The notes below the pieces were generated by a model that ran no database searches, was not told where the DNA came from, and saw nothing but the letters and a program-made list of their open reading frames with translations. DNA of 55,593 bases from an uncultured Melioribacter sp. GTDB taxonomy: Bacteria; Bacteroidota; Ignavibacteria; Ignavibacteriales; Melioribacteraceae. The position numbers were made by a program, and so were the translations under genes. The stretch's first letter is position 1. Every line of letters begins with the position of its first letter. Shown here in pieces: positions 1 through 9,670 of this stretch. The DNA lies in NCBI GenBank assembly GCA_964600175.1, contig CAZRIQ010000001.1, forward strand, positions 1 through 55,593. Direction: 5' to 3'.

Positions 1-900
1 GTGATTACAATCATTATAGTCTATCCTAACAGTTTTGTTTTCTTTCATTTCACACCCACCAATCGGAGCCTTGCACAATAAAAACTTATCCTTGCTGTGA
101 TAGCTAAACCAATCTTCAACGCCACAAGCTTTCAATATGGCCGGGATGTCATTCAGGTTATTGCAGTCATCAATTACCATACACCCATTGTCACACATTT
201 TATTCTTGAAGAAATTAATCTCTTGCGTAACATATTTTGTGGAATGAGGCCCGTCTAAATAGACAAAAGAATATTTAATCTTATCAAGTGATTTCCATTC
301 TCCATTAATACAAAGTTGAATATAAGGTGAAGCATCAAAGAAATGGTTATCCTGCATCAGGTAATGAGTCCACGAAGCATTCAACTCCTTTGCTTCGTTT
401 GATAATAACACCATTGCATCACGGTAAAAGTCTGTTGACATCCGTGTCCCTTTGCCTTTTACAGTATCATCATTTTCAAAGTAGAAATCCTGATAAGGAT
501 CGATTGTTAAAAGTATTCTGTGTTTGAAAATGTTCATAAGAGCCAATGCAGAACCGCCTTGTCGTGTACCTATCTCAACCACTGGATGATTGCCGGTATA
601 GTCTCTGCACGTCTCGGCCCAATGAATCATAATGTCCATAGTTGATGTGTGGTCACTGTTTAACATTGCTTTTTTTAGCTTATCACTTGTCATTCTACCA
701 AACTCCTCTGCTCCTTCAACTTCATACCAATATTCAATGTCAACAAACCATTTATCAACCCATCCATCATAAAACAATTTGCACTTTTTACAAATATATG
801 AAGTATATGTTATATCATCATCATATCCATCTGGGCCAGAATCTTGCTCTATAAATTCTGTGCATCCACACCTTGGACATAATAAATCTAAATCATTCAT
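1..900 (-). CDS. Class I SAM-dependent methyltransferase (Methyltransf_24/TylF-like) with N-terminal Zn-ribbon; runs off the left end
   Basis: Manual translation (not in ORF track): MNDLDLLCPRCGC..ICKKC..VVEIGTRQGGS..TIDPY..FVYLDGPHS..MVIDDC; ATGA overlap with the upstream gene. Confidence 0.8.
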   Translation of the reverse strand, partial: MNDLDLLCPRCGCTEFIEQDSGPDGYDDDITYTSYICKKCKLFYDGWVDKWFVDIEYWYEVEGAEEFGRMTSDKLKKAMLNSDHTSTMDIMIHWAETCRDYTGNHPVVEIGTRQGGSALALMNIFKHRILLTIDPYQDFYFENDDTVKGKGTRMSTDFYRDAMVLLSNEAKELNASWTHYLMQDNHFFDASPYIQLCINGEWKSLDKIKYSFVYLDGPHSTKYVTQEINFFKNKMCDNGCMVIDDCNNLNDIPAILKACGVEDWFSYHSKDKFLLCKAPIGGCEMKENKTVRIDYNDCNH

Positions 901-1874
901 CGTAATATCTCCAATGCTTTTTCTACAATCGATTCAGGGCTTAAGTTCTCACACATTTTATCACAACCAGTTTTAGCATCACTGACATGCTTTATTTTTG
1001 CCCAATGATCACAAGACTGATTATATGGACATCCATTATCTAAAACAGTTCCGTTTCCCATTGTAAACAATTCAGGTGGATTATAGGGGTAACTCTGGAA
1101 AAGTAACACGGGCATATTCACAGCATTTGCAACATTGTGCATGCCCCCGTCATTACCGATAAATAGCTTGCATTTCTCCATGATTGCACAACATTCCCTT
1201 AGTGGCCGGTGTCCTAACCAGGTATCACCAATTCCTAAATAGTCTTTATATCCAACCTCTAAAATCTTATATCCGTGCTCTCTTAATTTATTGGCTACTT
1301 GAGCCGTTAATAAAATATCATATCTAAATTGTGATTCATCCGGCTTTATTTGTGATTGTCTTTTTGGCGCTACATTCAAGGCAACCCATTTATCACCTGG
1401 AAGCATAATCGTATTTACAACTGATCGATCTTCATGACTCAATATAATTTCTGGCCGTTGCTCTCTGAAATCTTCAAACCCTGCCATTCTGCAAAAGTTG
1501 TATGTAATTATATTGGCCTCTGGGTTATCAAGCATATTATCTAAATTGTCAGGCACTCCCAAGTAATCCCATAGATCGGTTTGCCATTCAGGATATAACA
1601 TAATAATTAAATCTTCATCAGCGAATCTCCAACCTTTGCGTAATGCTTCACGCCAATCTCTATCGGCAAAATAAAGCAAAACATTATCAGGCAATTCAGT
1701 TTTCACCCGTGGATGATTTGCGAACATCTCACAGGCGAACTCATTTGAAACATAGGTAACTTCTGCATCTGGGTATCTATCCAGTACGGCCTTGACTACT
1801 GAGGTTGTGCAAATAGTGTCACCTACGTTGTAAGGATTTACGGCCCAATTGGGGTATATGATTTTAATTTTCAT
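897..1874 (-). CDS. Glycosyltransferase family 9 (heptosyltransferase-like)
   Basis: VGDTICTTSVVKAVLDRYPDAEVT N-terminus and LFIGNDGGMHNVANAVNMPVLLF motif. Confidence 0.85.
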   Translation of the reverse strand: MKIKIIYPNWAVNPYNVGDTICTTSVVKAVLDRYPDAEVTYVSNEFACEMFANHPRVKTELPDNVLLYFADRDWREALRKGWRFADEDLIIMLYPEWQTDLWDYLGVPDNLDNMLDNPEANIITYNFCRMAGFEDFREQRPEIILSHEDRSVVNTIMLPGDKWVALNVAPKRQSQIKPDESQFRYDILLTAQVANKLREHGYKILEVGYKDYLGIGDTWLGHRPLRECCAIMEKCKLFIGNDGGMHNVANAVNMPVLLFQSYPYNPPELFTMGNGTVLDNGCPYNQSCDHWAKIKHVSDAKTGCDKMCENLSPESIVEKALEILR

Positions 1875-1878
1875 AAAA

Positions 1879-2115
1879 TTAAATCTCTTCTGTTAATTTT
1901 ATGTTTACTTCATTGCCACTTAGTCTAGCTTTATCACACCATATATGTAACGCATCAAGTAAAGATATTGCCAAGTCTTCAGTAAGAAGTAAATTGCATC
2001 TTTGGCCTTCTGCAATGATCTTTTCACCCTCAACAATTTTTTGTCTAACAATCAAATCCCCATGATATAAAGACTTTGTTTTTATTGTTATTTCTGATTT
2101 ACTTTTAATTTTCAT
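1879..2115 (-). CDS. Hypothetical protein, paralog of 2411..2671
   Basis: Shared DLAxxLLDALxxW..AR...EVxxKLxE. Confidence 0.6.
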   Translation of the reverse strand: MKIKSKSEITIKTKSLYHGDLIVRQKIVEGEKIIAEGQRCNLLLTEDLAISLLDALHIWCDKARLSGNEVNIKLTEEI

Positions 2116-2410
2116 TTGTTTTTGCCTTTACCTAAAGGGCACTTTGTAAGCACACAAGAAGCATTGCGTAAGCTACACCAATTGTGCAAATAGTGCCAAA
2201 ATTCACATTCTTTTTGTATTTTTTGTTTTCGAGAAGCCGTTAATTGTATACCACAAAATGTCTTTAACAATTCCCTTGCCTTCCTACCACCATCTTTTTT
2301 AATCATAGACGGCTCTGGATCATATTGAAGTGCAAACCCGCTTGAAGGACTTTGCTAGTTTTTTTCATTGGCATAAAATTTTAATACCGATATTAACTCA
2401 GCTTTTTGTG

Positions 2411-2671
2411 TCATTTTATTTTCTCCAACAGTTTTACAGTTACTTCTTCTTGCTCAAATCTTGCAACTTCAATCCATTTTTTTAATGCGTCTAATAGACA
2501 ATAGGCCAAATCATCTGACATAAGTATGTCGCAGTATTTTTGTTCTGTTTCATCGTCACTAAATTTATGCGTAATAACCAAACGACCACCGTGTACAAAT
2601 TCTGGTGTCATTGTTATTTTATAGATCCTATTTAACTGGTCTTTCACACAACATTGAGATAGTTTAGTCAT
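2411..2671 (-). CDS. Hypothetical protein, paralog of 1879..2115
   Basis: Shared C-terminal motif; GGAG RBS. Confidence 0.6.
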   Translation of the reverse strand: MTKLSQCCVKDQLNRIYKITMTPEFVHGGRLVITHKFSDDETEQKYCDILMSDDLAYCLLDALKKWIEVARFEQEEVTVKLLEKIK

Positions 2672-3079
2672 CCCATTTTCTCCAATATGATTTTAATTTT
2701 CATTTTTCGTCCCAACATATAGTAAAATTCCACTAAATGCAAAAGCAACGGATATTATTGTTGAGCTTAAACGAGTGTAATCCTGCCTAATTACCATATA
2801 TGCCAATAAAAAAAGTAATGCCCCTGAGATAATCAGAATCAAATCTGCTATTCTATCTTTCATTTGGAAACCATTTTTTATATAGTGGTGGGATTGCTTT
2901 TTTAGGCCAAACAATATCACTTTTTTCAACGTCTCTCTCTAATGAGACTCCTTTGCATGTTGGACATTTTAAGCTTCCACATAATGGGATGTCATCAAGA
3001 AACACTTCAAAACAATGTGGGCATTTTGCATATTTATCAAACTTATAACTCTTTGAAAGCTTTCTCATTTCATTACCTA

Positions 3080-3280
3080 TTAGATAAATTCATCAACAAA
3101 GTAATCTTTGCCAAAATCATCTGTAAAATATAGTTTGTTTGGCATTTTGCTACTTACCCATATTTGACCATAACCAGCCGTATTGGTATTATCAATATTC
3201 GGTTCAGTGTGCATCTTAAAAACTTCATGAGTAACAATTGGTGCACTTATTAAAATTCTTAAAACGGATCTTCTTTTCAT
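3080..3280 (-). CDS. Small protein: twin-arginine-like N-terminus plus fragment homologous to the LamG tail fibre
   Basis: MKRRSVL start; NTNTAGYGQIWVSSKMPNKLYFTDDFGKD vs DTDTAAYGQIWVGSSTPNELWFRDDAGTD in 38953..40881 (18/29 identical). Confidence 0.75.
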   Translation of the reverse strand: MKRRSVLRILISAPIVTHEVFKMHTEPNIDNTNTAGYGQIWVSSKMPNKLYFTDDFGKDYFVDEFI

Positions 3281-3307
3281 TTCACTTTCTCCAATATAGC
3301 GTCAACC

Positions 3308-4285
3308 CTAATTCTTAAATAATGGTAGACTTGGTTTATCCCAATCATCCCACCCGGGAACGTCCTTGTCTAGTTGTTTTTTTGACTCAATAGACGCTTG
3401 TTTTCTTTTGTGTCGTTCGATTACATTCATGATATAATGACAACGCCGCCTATATGTGTGATTTGTTAAAACCTCATCCATGCCTAATTTTGAAACACGA
3501 TCTAAAAGTTCTGGTTTTGCCAAATATTCTTTAACCATAGGGATTAAATCTTTGTCATTATAGTAAACAAAATGTTGATATGAATCAAATAACTCAGTCA
3601 AACCAACAGCCTCATCAGTCAACAAAGGCACACCTGTTGCCATTGCCTCAAAGACTCTCATATTCAGGTCATTCTTTACGGCACAGTTGAACGCAATCTT
3701 GCACTTGGAAAGCTCCTTTGACATATCTTCACCATATGCCGTAGTTACGTACACGTCAAAATTTCTTTTTAGCTTTTCGATCAAATCACGCCGTCTTTTA
3801 TAGATTCCTGAACCCTCGTAAACATTCCCGATAAATCCAATGTCGTACTTTTCACTTTTCCATTCGTGTGGTTTATGTATCTCAGGATCACAGGCCAACG
3901 GCAGCCATGATACATTCTTGCATCCTGCCCGTTCAAACGCTGGAATGTATTCCTTTTGTGCCACGAACACGAAGCTAAACTGTTTGGCCCAATTTACATG
4001 CCACATTAATTGAGTGTGTGAGTCTATCATGTAACAGGCAGTTGGTATTTTAAGTTTGTCAATCCCTTTGGGAAAATTTGGAACACGACCTGAACCTTCA
4101 ACCCATAGGAATAAATCACCCACAACGAGGCACTTACTTAAATCTTGACCGTTTTCCATTTCATTATCATGGTGCCCGTTGTTTGACGTTCCCAATGTAA
4201 ATACTTCATGATCCTGCCTTAAAGCCCGTTCGATATACCAGCCGGTCGTGTATGGTGTGTAACCGTATGAAAGTAAGATTTTCAT
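3308..4285 (-). CDS. CgeB/YkvP-like GT-B glycosyltransferase
   Basis: WLPLACDPEIH, YDIGFIG, DLNMRVFEAMATG, HTYRRR motifs. Confidence 0.85.
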   Translation of the reverse strand: MKILLSYGYTPYTTGWYIERALRQDHEVFTLGTSNNGHHDNEMENGQDLSKCLVVGDLFLWVEGSGRVPNFPKGIDKLKIPTACYMIDSHTQLMWHVNWAKQFSFVFVAQKEYIPAFERAGCKNVSWLPLACDPEIHKPHEWKSEKYDIGFIGNVYEGSGIYKRRRDLIEKLKRNFDVYVTTAYGEDMSKELSKCKIAFNCAVKNDLNMRVFEAMATGVPLLTDEAVGLTELFDSYQHFVYYNDKDLIPMVKEYLAKPELLDRVSKLGMDEVLTNHTYRRRCHYIMNVIERHKRKQASIESKKQLDKDVPGWDDWDKPSLPLFKN

Positions 4286-4503
4286 AATGTTGATTCCCTT
4301 AATTTATACTCGCCAACCGCACCCCAAACATCAACAACACTATCCTTTCCATTGTCATCTGTATAGTACAATTGGGTCGGGATGTTATAGTTAACATATA
4401 ATTTCCCATCATTCGATAAATCCGTTTTTGTTGGAGTTTTTGCAATTCCTTGCGCAATAAATGGAACGCTAATTAAAATTCCCAAAACCGATCTTCTTTT
4501 CAT
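4282..4503 (-). CDS. Small protein, paralog of 3080..3280 (twin-arginine-like N-terminus plus tail-fibre-like segment)
   Basis: MKRRSVLGILISVP; GKLYVNYNIPTQLYYTDDNGKD. Confidence 0.7.
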   Translation of the reverse strand: MKRRSVLGILISVPFIAQGIAKTPTKTDLSNDGKLYVNYNIPTQLYYTDDNGKDSVVDVWGAVGEYKLRESTL

Positions 4504-4674
4504 GTTATCCCCAAATTCTTATGAGCGTTGATATTATACATACAAAAAAAGAAAACACCAACCCAATGCCTTCTATTTTTTTTATGGTGTCTGTGGTTGC
4601 ATGGTATTTAACCAAAAGCAAAAAAGCAATAAACATCAGAATTGACGTTTGATTAATCTTTATAATTGTTTCCA

Positions 4675-5070
4675 TTATTCCCCCAACATTGTTTTAGCCT
4701 TCTCAAGTCCCTTGATTACTTCATCGATTTCTTCGGCATTTAAGTTGGCCTGTGAAATTGGGTATAACTTATTGCCATCCCATTTAATTATTTGCATTGC
4801 AATGGTCCCGCTCTTGCCTTTCCGGTCTTCATCGTTCCAACCTATGCACACCCTAACATCTTGTTCTGGCTCTGCTTTAAAGCTTGTTGAAAAATAAGCA
4901 CTTTCATTGTCTGCCTTTTCATGATCTTTTATTTTAGGTCCCATTGGCTTTGTTTTTGCTCTTGTACATTCGGCAAAGACTTTATCCTGTACGACTTGCT
5001 GTTCTTTTGCCGACATGCCTAAATGCGTTACAGCATCATATAATTTCATCATTCCCCCATTTTTTGGCAT
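4675..5070 (-). CDS. Hypothetical protein
   Basis: 131-aa ORF in operon. Confidence 0.55.
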   Translation of the reverse strand: MPKNGGMMKLYDAVTHLGMSAKEQQVVQDKVFAECTRAKTKPMGPKIKDHEKADNESAYFSTSFKAEPEQDVRVCIGWNDEDRKGKSGTIAMQIIKWDGNKLYPISQANLNAEEIDEVIKGLEKAKTMLGE

Positions 5071-6598
5071 TTACAAGCCTTTTATTTCCTACAGCCGCAA
5101 TAGTTGTTGATGGTCTTTTGTTTTGGGAATCATGATGTTGCCTTGCGTCTTCAACTAATTTGTGGCCAATATTATGCATTGCTTTATATAGTGCATCAGA
5201 AGCTTCTTGTGCTGTCGCACCACACGGCCCCATTGGTTCGCTTTCTTTTACAGGTTGCATCACAACCTCAAGAAAACGATCCCGTGTCTCTCTGCTTAAT
5301 ATTTTAAAAGGCTTGATCCCGTATTCTGAGCCGTACAGTTTCCATCGATCATGATCAACATCGTAATAATCAAACCGCTCCATGACATAGTAATTTACGT
5401 GTGTCGGATCTTGAAAAGCCGCTGGTATATGAATACCTGGTACAATTATCTTGACTTTACCTGTAGATTTAACAACTCGGTGGACCTCGTTAAAAGCTGT
5501 AATTGAATCAGCACCGGGGTTAATATGCTCAAGCAAATTATCAGCAATTAAGAAATCCACCGAATCATCTTCCATCTTAATTTCCTTTGAAACGTCACAA
5601 ACAATATCAACCCCGTCAAGGTCGTACTGATCCACACCAACAAACCCACGCCGCTTTAAACGACCACAACCCAAGTCAACCTTGACGGGCTTTGGTTTAC
5701 TTAAATCATCAACCACTTTTTGAACCATCTTTTCCCATGTGTAATTTTTAGCTATCTCATGGGCTTTTGATGAAAGTTGGGCGCGTTCATAGTCGTTATC
5801 AAGATAGTATTCAATCAGCTCATTCAGTCCCTTTTTAGTGTTGTACTGAATTACAGAATCCCCAAATATTTTATCAATGGCAGGGTTCCGGTCTGATATA
5901 CAAAACCCACCTGAAGCCGCTATGTCAAATATTCTTGGATTTAAAAAACCTTCTCTTGCCATGTCTATATGGTGATCGTTTAAAGATATTTTTGCAAAAC
6001 GATATAATGTATTTATTATTTCATTTGGAACATATTCATCATTGACAACCCTGTTTTGATAATTTGATCCATAAACAGAAATATTATATTTAGGATCAAT
6101 GTCATCCAATATTTTACGACTGCCATTTTTTGCATTTCCGATAAATAAAATATCATCACCATAACCGTTTTGATCCATATACTTTTTAGAAGTCCCCCCA
6201 ATCAATACCTCACAGTCAAAACCAGTCGCTTCGATCTTCTTTGCGAACATTGGAGAAAGGCAATAGATCTTGTCGTACTGGCTTAAAACGTCCGATGTAA
6301 TCATGTCAGGATGCGAATGAATCCACAATATCCGGTAACAGTCAGGCATTTCTTTTAAAGGCACACCGAAGCAATGTAGAAATATATCAGGGTCTTTGTT
6401 GACTATCTCAAAGCCTTGTTTTAGAAACTCGGTTTCAAGGTCGTTTTTCACCCAATAGTCACCCCAGAGTTTGGCCTTCTCTTGATCTGGTTCGAAATCT
6501 GAGAAGGTTGCTATTTGTATTGTGTTTTTGTATGAAAGTCCAGACATTATAGGGAATTGTGAGCCCTCTACCATTATATCAAATTTTTCAGCTTTCAT
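5036..6598 (-). CDS. CgeB-like glycosyltransferase fused to class I SAM methyltransferase
   Basis: WGDYW, LNDHHIDMAREGFLNPRIFDIAASG, then VDLGCGRLK and FQDPTHV. Confidence 0.85.
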   Translation of the reverse strand: MKAEKFDIMVEGSQFPIMSGLSYKNTIQIATFSDFEPDQEKAKLWGDYWVKNDLETEFLKQGFEIVNKDPDIFLHCFGVPLKEMPDCYRILWIHSHPDMITSDVLSQYDKIYCLSPMFAKKIEATGFDCEVLIGGTSKKYMDQNGYGDDILFIGNAKNGSRKILDDIDPKYNISVYGSNYQNRVVNDEYVPNEIINTLYRFAKISLNDHHIDMAREGFLNPRIFDIAASGGFCISDRNPAIDKIFGDSVIQYNTKKGLNELIEYYLDNDYERAQLSSKAHEIAKNYTWEKMVQKVVDDLSKPKPVKVDLGCGRLKRRGFVGVDQYDLDGVDIVCDVSKEIKMEDDSVDFLIADNLLEHINPGADSITAFNEVHRVVKSTGKVKIIVPGIHIPAAFQDPTHVNYYVMERFDYYDVDHDRWKLYGSEYGIKPFKILSRETRDRFLEVVMQPVKESEPMGPCGATAQEASDALYKAMHNIGHKLVEDARQHHDSQNKRPSTTIAAVGNKRLVNAKKWGNDEII

Positions 6599-6905
6599 TT
6601 TTTTTATCCTTAATTATTACAGTTGTTTGTTTTATTGTTTGTTCTGAACGTTTTATTGTTTCTTTTGCTTGTTGAATATCATACTCGGCTTTTTCAATAG
6701 AAAATTCTTTAAAATTGTTATACCATTTTAGAACCTTATTACAGTTTAAGCATTTCTTGTGAGCACCTTGAGCAGCCCCAAATCCATCATAATGGAATTC
6801 AATCGCATAAGGTGGATGTTCGCATTCCATCTGCTTAATGGTATTCTTTAATATTTTTATTTCTAATTGAAGCTTGCCCCACATATTTTTACTAATGAAC
6901 ATCAT
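6588..6905 (-). CDS. Hypothetical Zn-binding coiled-coil protein, paralog of 6892..7263
   Basis: MFISKN..CEHP..KKCLNCNKVLKWY. Confidence 0.65.
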   Translation of the reverse strand: MMFISKNMWGKLQLEIKILKNTIKQMECEHPPYAIEFHYDGFGAAQGAHKKCLNCNKVLKWYNNFKEFSIEKAEYDIQQAKETIKRSEQTIKQTTVIIKDKKNES

Positions 6906-7263
6906 TCCCCTCCTGAACGTTCTTTAAATTATCTTTGGCCTGTTTGAGTTGTTCGGTTGCTATTTTTAATTTATAGTTATGTTCATCTTCTCTTAACTCG
7001 CTTTCTAATTTATAGTGTTTTAACACCTTGTTGCACCTATCACACTTTTTGACACCAAATGCAGTTAATACTCCGCCATCCATACAATATTGCTCATTTG
7101 TCCAGACAAATACAAAAAAAGGATGAATACAGTCCGCTTTATTTTCTACCATTATCAACCTATCTCTATAAAACATTGATTCGTTCTTCAGCTTTTGAAC
7201 ATTTGTATTTAATCTTGTTATTGCCTTTTCAATATTATTTAAATCATTTTTACTTATAAACAT
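6892..7263 (-). CDS. Hypothetical Zn-binding coiled-coil protein, paralog of 6588..6905
   Basis: MFISKN..CIHP..KKCDRCNKVLKHY. Confidence 0.65.
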   Translation of the reverse strand: MFISKNDLNNIEKAITRLNTNVQKLKNESMFYRDRLIMVENKADCIHPFFVFVWTNEQYCMDGGVLTAFGVKKCDRCNKVLKHYKLESELREDEHNYKLKIATEQLKQAKDNLKNVQEGNDVH

Positions 7264-7440
7264 AACTCCCCCCTATTTCCATTTAACATTGTACTCTCCT
7301 AGTTGAAAAAACCCTTCATGAAGCGTGACAGTAATATATCCATGCAGAGGCTTACCATTGCAAAGAACTTCCTTGTTCTTCACTTCTTTTTCTATCTTCT
7401 GAATTACTTCTTGTATGTCAACTGTTGGTTTCATGTTTTA

Positions 7441-7656
7441 TCACACTATGTCAATTTCTGATCTTCGAATGCATATCGGCCTTGGGGTCTCACTGGACGT
7501 CTCACCTAAAATTTCTTCATCAGTATCATAATAGAAATCTGCTCTATGCAATAACACTTTAGATTTTTGGCGTCCAATCGCTGTATATAATTGACCGTTT
7601 ATTATAAGCGTACTTCCGAACTCTAAATTCTTAAAATCAGCTTTAGTTGCCATCAT
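7441..7656 (-). CDS. Hypothetical protein
   Basis: Coupled ORF (ATGA overlap). Confidence 0.5.
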   Translation of the reverse strand: MMATKADFKNLEFGSTLIINGQLYTAIGRQKSKVLLHRADFYYDTDEEILGETSSETPRPICIRRSEIDIV

Positions 7657-7934
7657 TCACCCCTATTTTCATTTTTTAAAACTTCAAGTTCAGAATATGA
7701 AAATGTTACACTTCTTATTACTCCGTTCTTGTCAACATAGTTTGCATGGATACAAGGTGTTGGATCTAAAAAATAACCAGCATATCTCATATTGCCCGTT
7801 TTGATCATCTCAACACCCATGTACTTAAATTTTTCTCCATCTTTCCTAAAGGCTTCTATCTCTGCAATTTTAAGTTCAATGTCTGCCTTTGTTTTAATAA
7901 GTTCAGCATTTTCTTTTTTATTCCAGAACATCAT
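7653..7934 (-). CDS. Hypothetical protein
   Basis: RBS AAGGAG, coupled ORF. Confidence 0.55.
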   Translation of the reverse strand: MMFWNKKENAELIKTKADIELKIAEIEAFRKDGEKFKYMGVEMIKTGNMRYAGYFLDPTPCIHANYVDKNGVIRSVTFSYSELEVLKNENRGE

Positions 7935-8137
7935 TAACTCCTTTCAATGTTTCCCCTAATCATCAACGTCTCACTATTCCATTCTATTCCATTACAATCT
8001 TTATCCCTTAAAAAGAATATCCCGTCTTTACCAAAATGCAATCCAGGCTTACACGTTTTTAAATTACAAACAGGAATAGGAACAATAGCGGCTACTGTTG
8101 CTACACCACATATTTTAATAAAACCACGCCTATTCAC
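7934..8137 (-). CDS. Small protein with Tat-type signal (MNRRGFIK) plus segment resembling the tail protein C-terminal region
   Basis: LHFGKDGIFFLRDKDCNGIEWNSETLMIRGNI vs VYIQNNGNFYFGGDASNYMSWNGTTLTVRGSI in 35175..37991 (10/32, gapless). Confidence 0.65.
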   Translation of the reverse strand: MNRRGFIKICGVATVAAIVPIPVCNLKTCKPGLHFGKDGIFFLRDKDCNGIEWNSETLMIRGNIERS

Positions 8138-9203
8138 TGTTAACCCTACTTAGAGTTTTCCCTAAATTCAAATTCTTTCGAACTGTTATCTTTTGAGTAT
8201 AGTTATCTTTCAACCATGCCGTTTTACTTTGATATTTAACAAGCTTGTCACGGTTTTCTTTTACCCAATCTACATGGCCTTTGGGCAACTCTCTCACCAT
8301 TTTATGTTCTGGAACTTCACCTGTTCTTAGGAATGTTTTTAGTTCTTCCCTTGACATCAAGATGGATGTTGAATAGCAAATACATTTTACATGCCATTCT
8401 GAGAATATAAACTCTTTCGGATAATGTCCGGCGTTTGGATCACACAAATCATATTCGGGATGAGACGCACTCAATTTAACCTCGATTCCCGTTACATAAG
8501 GTGCGTTGATTCGTCTCTCGTAGTCTGCATATTGATGCGCTAAATTGATTTCACTTTGTGCAAGTCTCAAGGCGTTTTTATAGCTTGATCGGTAAACACC
8601 ACGGCCAGGGTGGAACTTCTTTGCGTTGGAGCTTAATACAAGATTGCCGTTTTTGTCTCTTACTCTTCTGAATAGCCTGTTTGGTTCATTGAGTGCGTCT
8701 TTAATATCCTTTGTTATTCTGGCAGCACTCTTGCCTTCTAATATCCCAGCTCCTAAATAATTGTCGATATAGTCACGTCCAACTCTTGCATAATCCCAGA
8801 CTTTGGAAGATATTGGGGAAATTCCGTAGCGTCTGTCAATATATGCCTTGAGTGCATCGGTGTTTAAATAAGCCTTAGCTGGAACATCGATCAAGCCAGC
8901 ATAATTCTTTGCAATCAGGTTGTTCTTTTCATCTGCCAAAGCCCAACCGTCACGCATACCGGCCTCAATCTCAGCAATCACTTGATCACTCATACCTTTC
9001 AATGTTTCTGTGACTTGATTGTAAAGCAGTCTATTGCGTTGGAAGTAGTAAGTTCCCTGGTAGGTATCGAGGCGGTTTCGGGAATAGTTTATAATATCCC
9101 GTGATAGATTCTCTGCGGTCTGTTTGTATATCTTCTTTATCGCTCTGAATCTTTGAGCCATAAGTCGGTCAAGCTTTCGCTTGTATTGTGGATCTATTGC
9201 CAA
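8130..9203 (-). CDS. Minor head / head morphogenesis protein (MuF-like)
   Basis: LNEPNRLFRRVRD..HPGRGVYRSSYKNALRLAQSEIN..WHVKCIC; downstream of portal. Confidence 0.85.
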   Translation of the reverse strand: MAIDPQYKRKLDRLMAQRFRAIKKIYKQTAENLSRDIINYSRNRLDTYQGTYYFQRNRLLYNQVTETLKGMSDQVIAEIEAGMRDGWALADEKNNLIAKNYAGLIDVPAKAYLNTDALKAYIDRRYGISPISSKVWDYARVGRDYIDNYLGAGILEGKSAARITKDIKDALNEPNRLFRRVRDKNGNLVLSSNAKKFHPGRGVYRSSYKNALRLAQSEINLAHQYADYERRINAPYVTGIEVKLSASHPEYDLCDPNAGHYPKEFIFSEWHVKCICYSTSILMSREELKTFLRTGEVPEHKMVRELPKGHVDWVKENRDKLVKYQSKTAWLKDNYTQKITVRKNLNLGKTLSRVNSE

Positions 9204-9665
9204 TTAACACCCACCATAAAGTAAAGTAATATGTCTAATACTGTTTTGTGGCGAACTTAAAATGCCAATCAAAAAATAATAGTATTCATTTTCTTCAAAC
9301 TTGTGTCGTCCTCTGGCAAAAACAATTTTATTTAGATTGCTATTATAATCATTCTGGTGACATTTAGCATAAATATAATAGGGAATATTAAAAAGTCGAG
9401 CCGTGTCTTTATATAAATAGTTTTCTTTTAGACACCATTTATGACAGACAAGTTCACAATCGCATTGATACCATATCAAATGCCCACCGCTTGCTAATAT
9501 GTGATTCGGATTGTCTTTGTAATTTGGTTGTATGGTGACATTTAATAGATGTATGTTTTTCTTAGAACCAACATTCACCATTTGTGTTTCAATATTTGGG
9601 ATGTATTTTTTAGATTTACGCATTTTGCGCACTCTCACAATACATTTATGTCTATCTAGTGCCAT
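9204..9665 (-). CDS. Stand-alone copy of an internal domain of the large tail protein
   Basis: VTIQPNY, ASGG, IYAKCH and YYYFLIG shared with 35175..37991. Confidence 0.8.
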   Translation of the reverse strand: MALDRHKCIVRVRKMRKSKKYIPNIETQMVNVGSKKNIHLLNVTIQPNYKDNPNHILASGGHLIWYQCDCELVCHKWCLKENYLYKDTARLFNIPYYIYAKCHQNDYNSNLNKIVFARGRHKFEENEYYYFLIGILSSPQNSIRHITLLYGGC

Positions 9666-9670
9666 TAAAT

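Noticed and set aside
3080-9665. Tail-like fragments as template repeats of a diversity-generating retroelement
   Set aside because: No reverse transcriptase in the window; divergence is extensive rather than adenine-specific; the fragments are ORFs with their own starts
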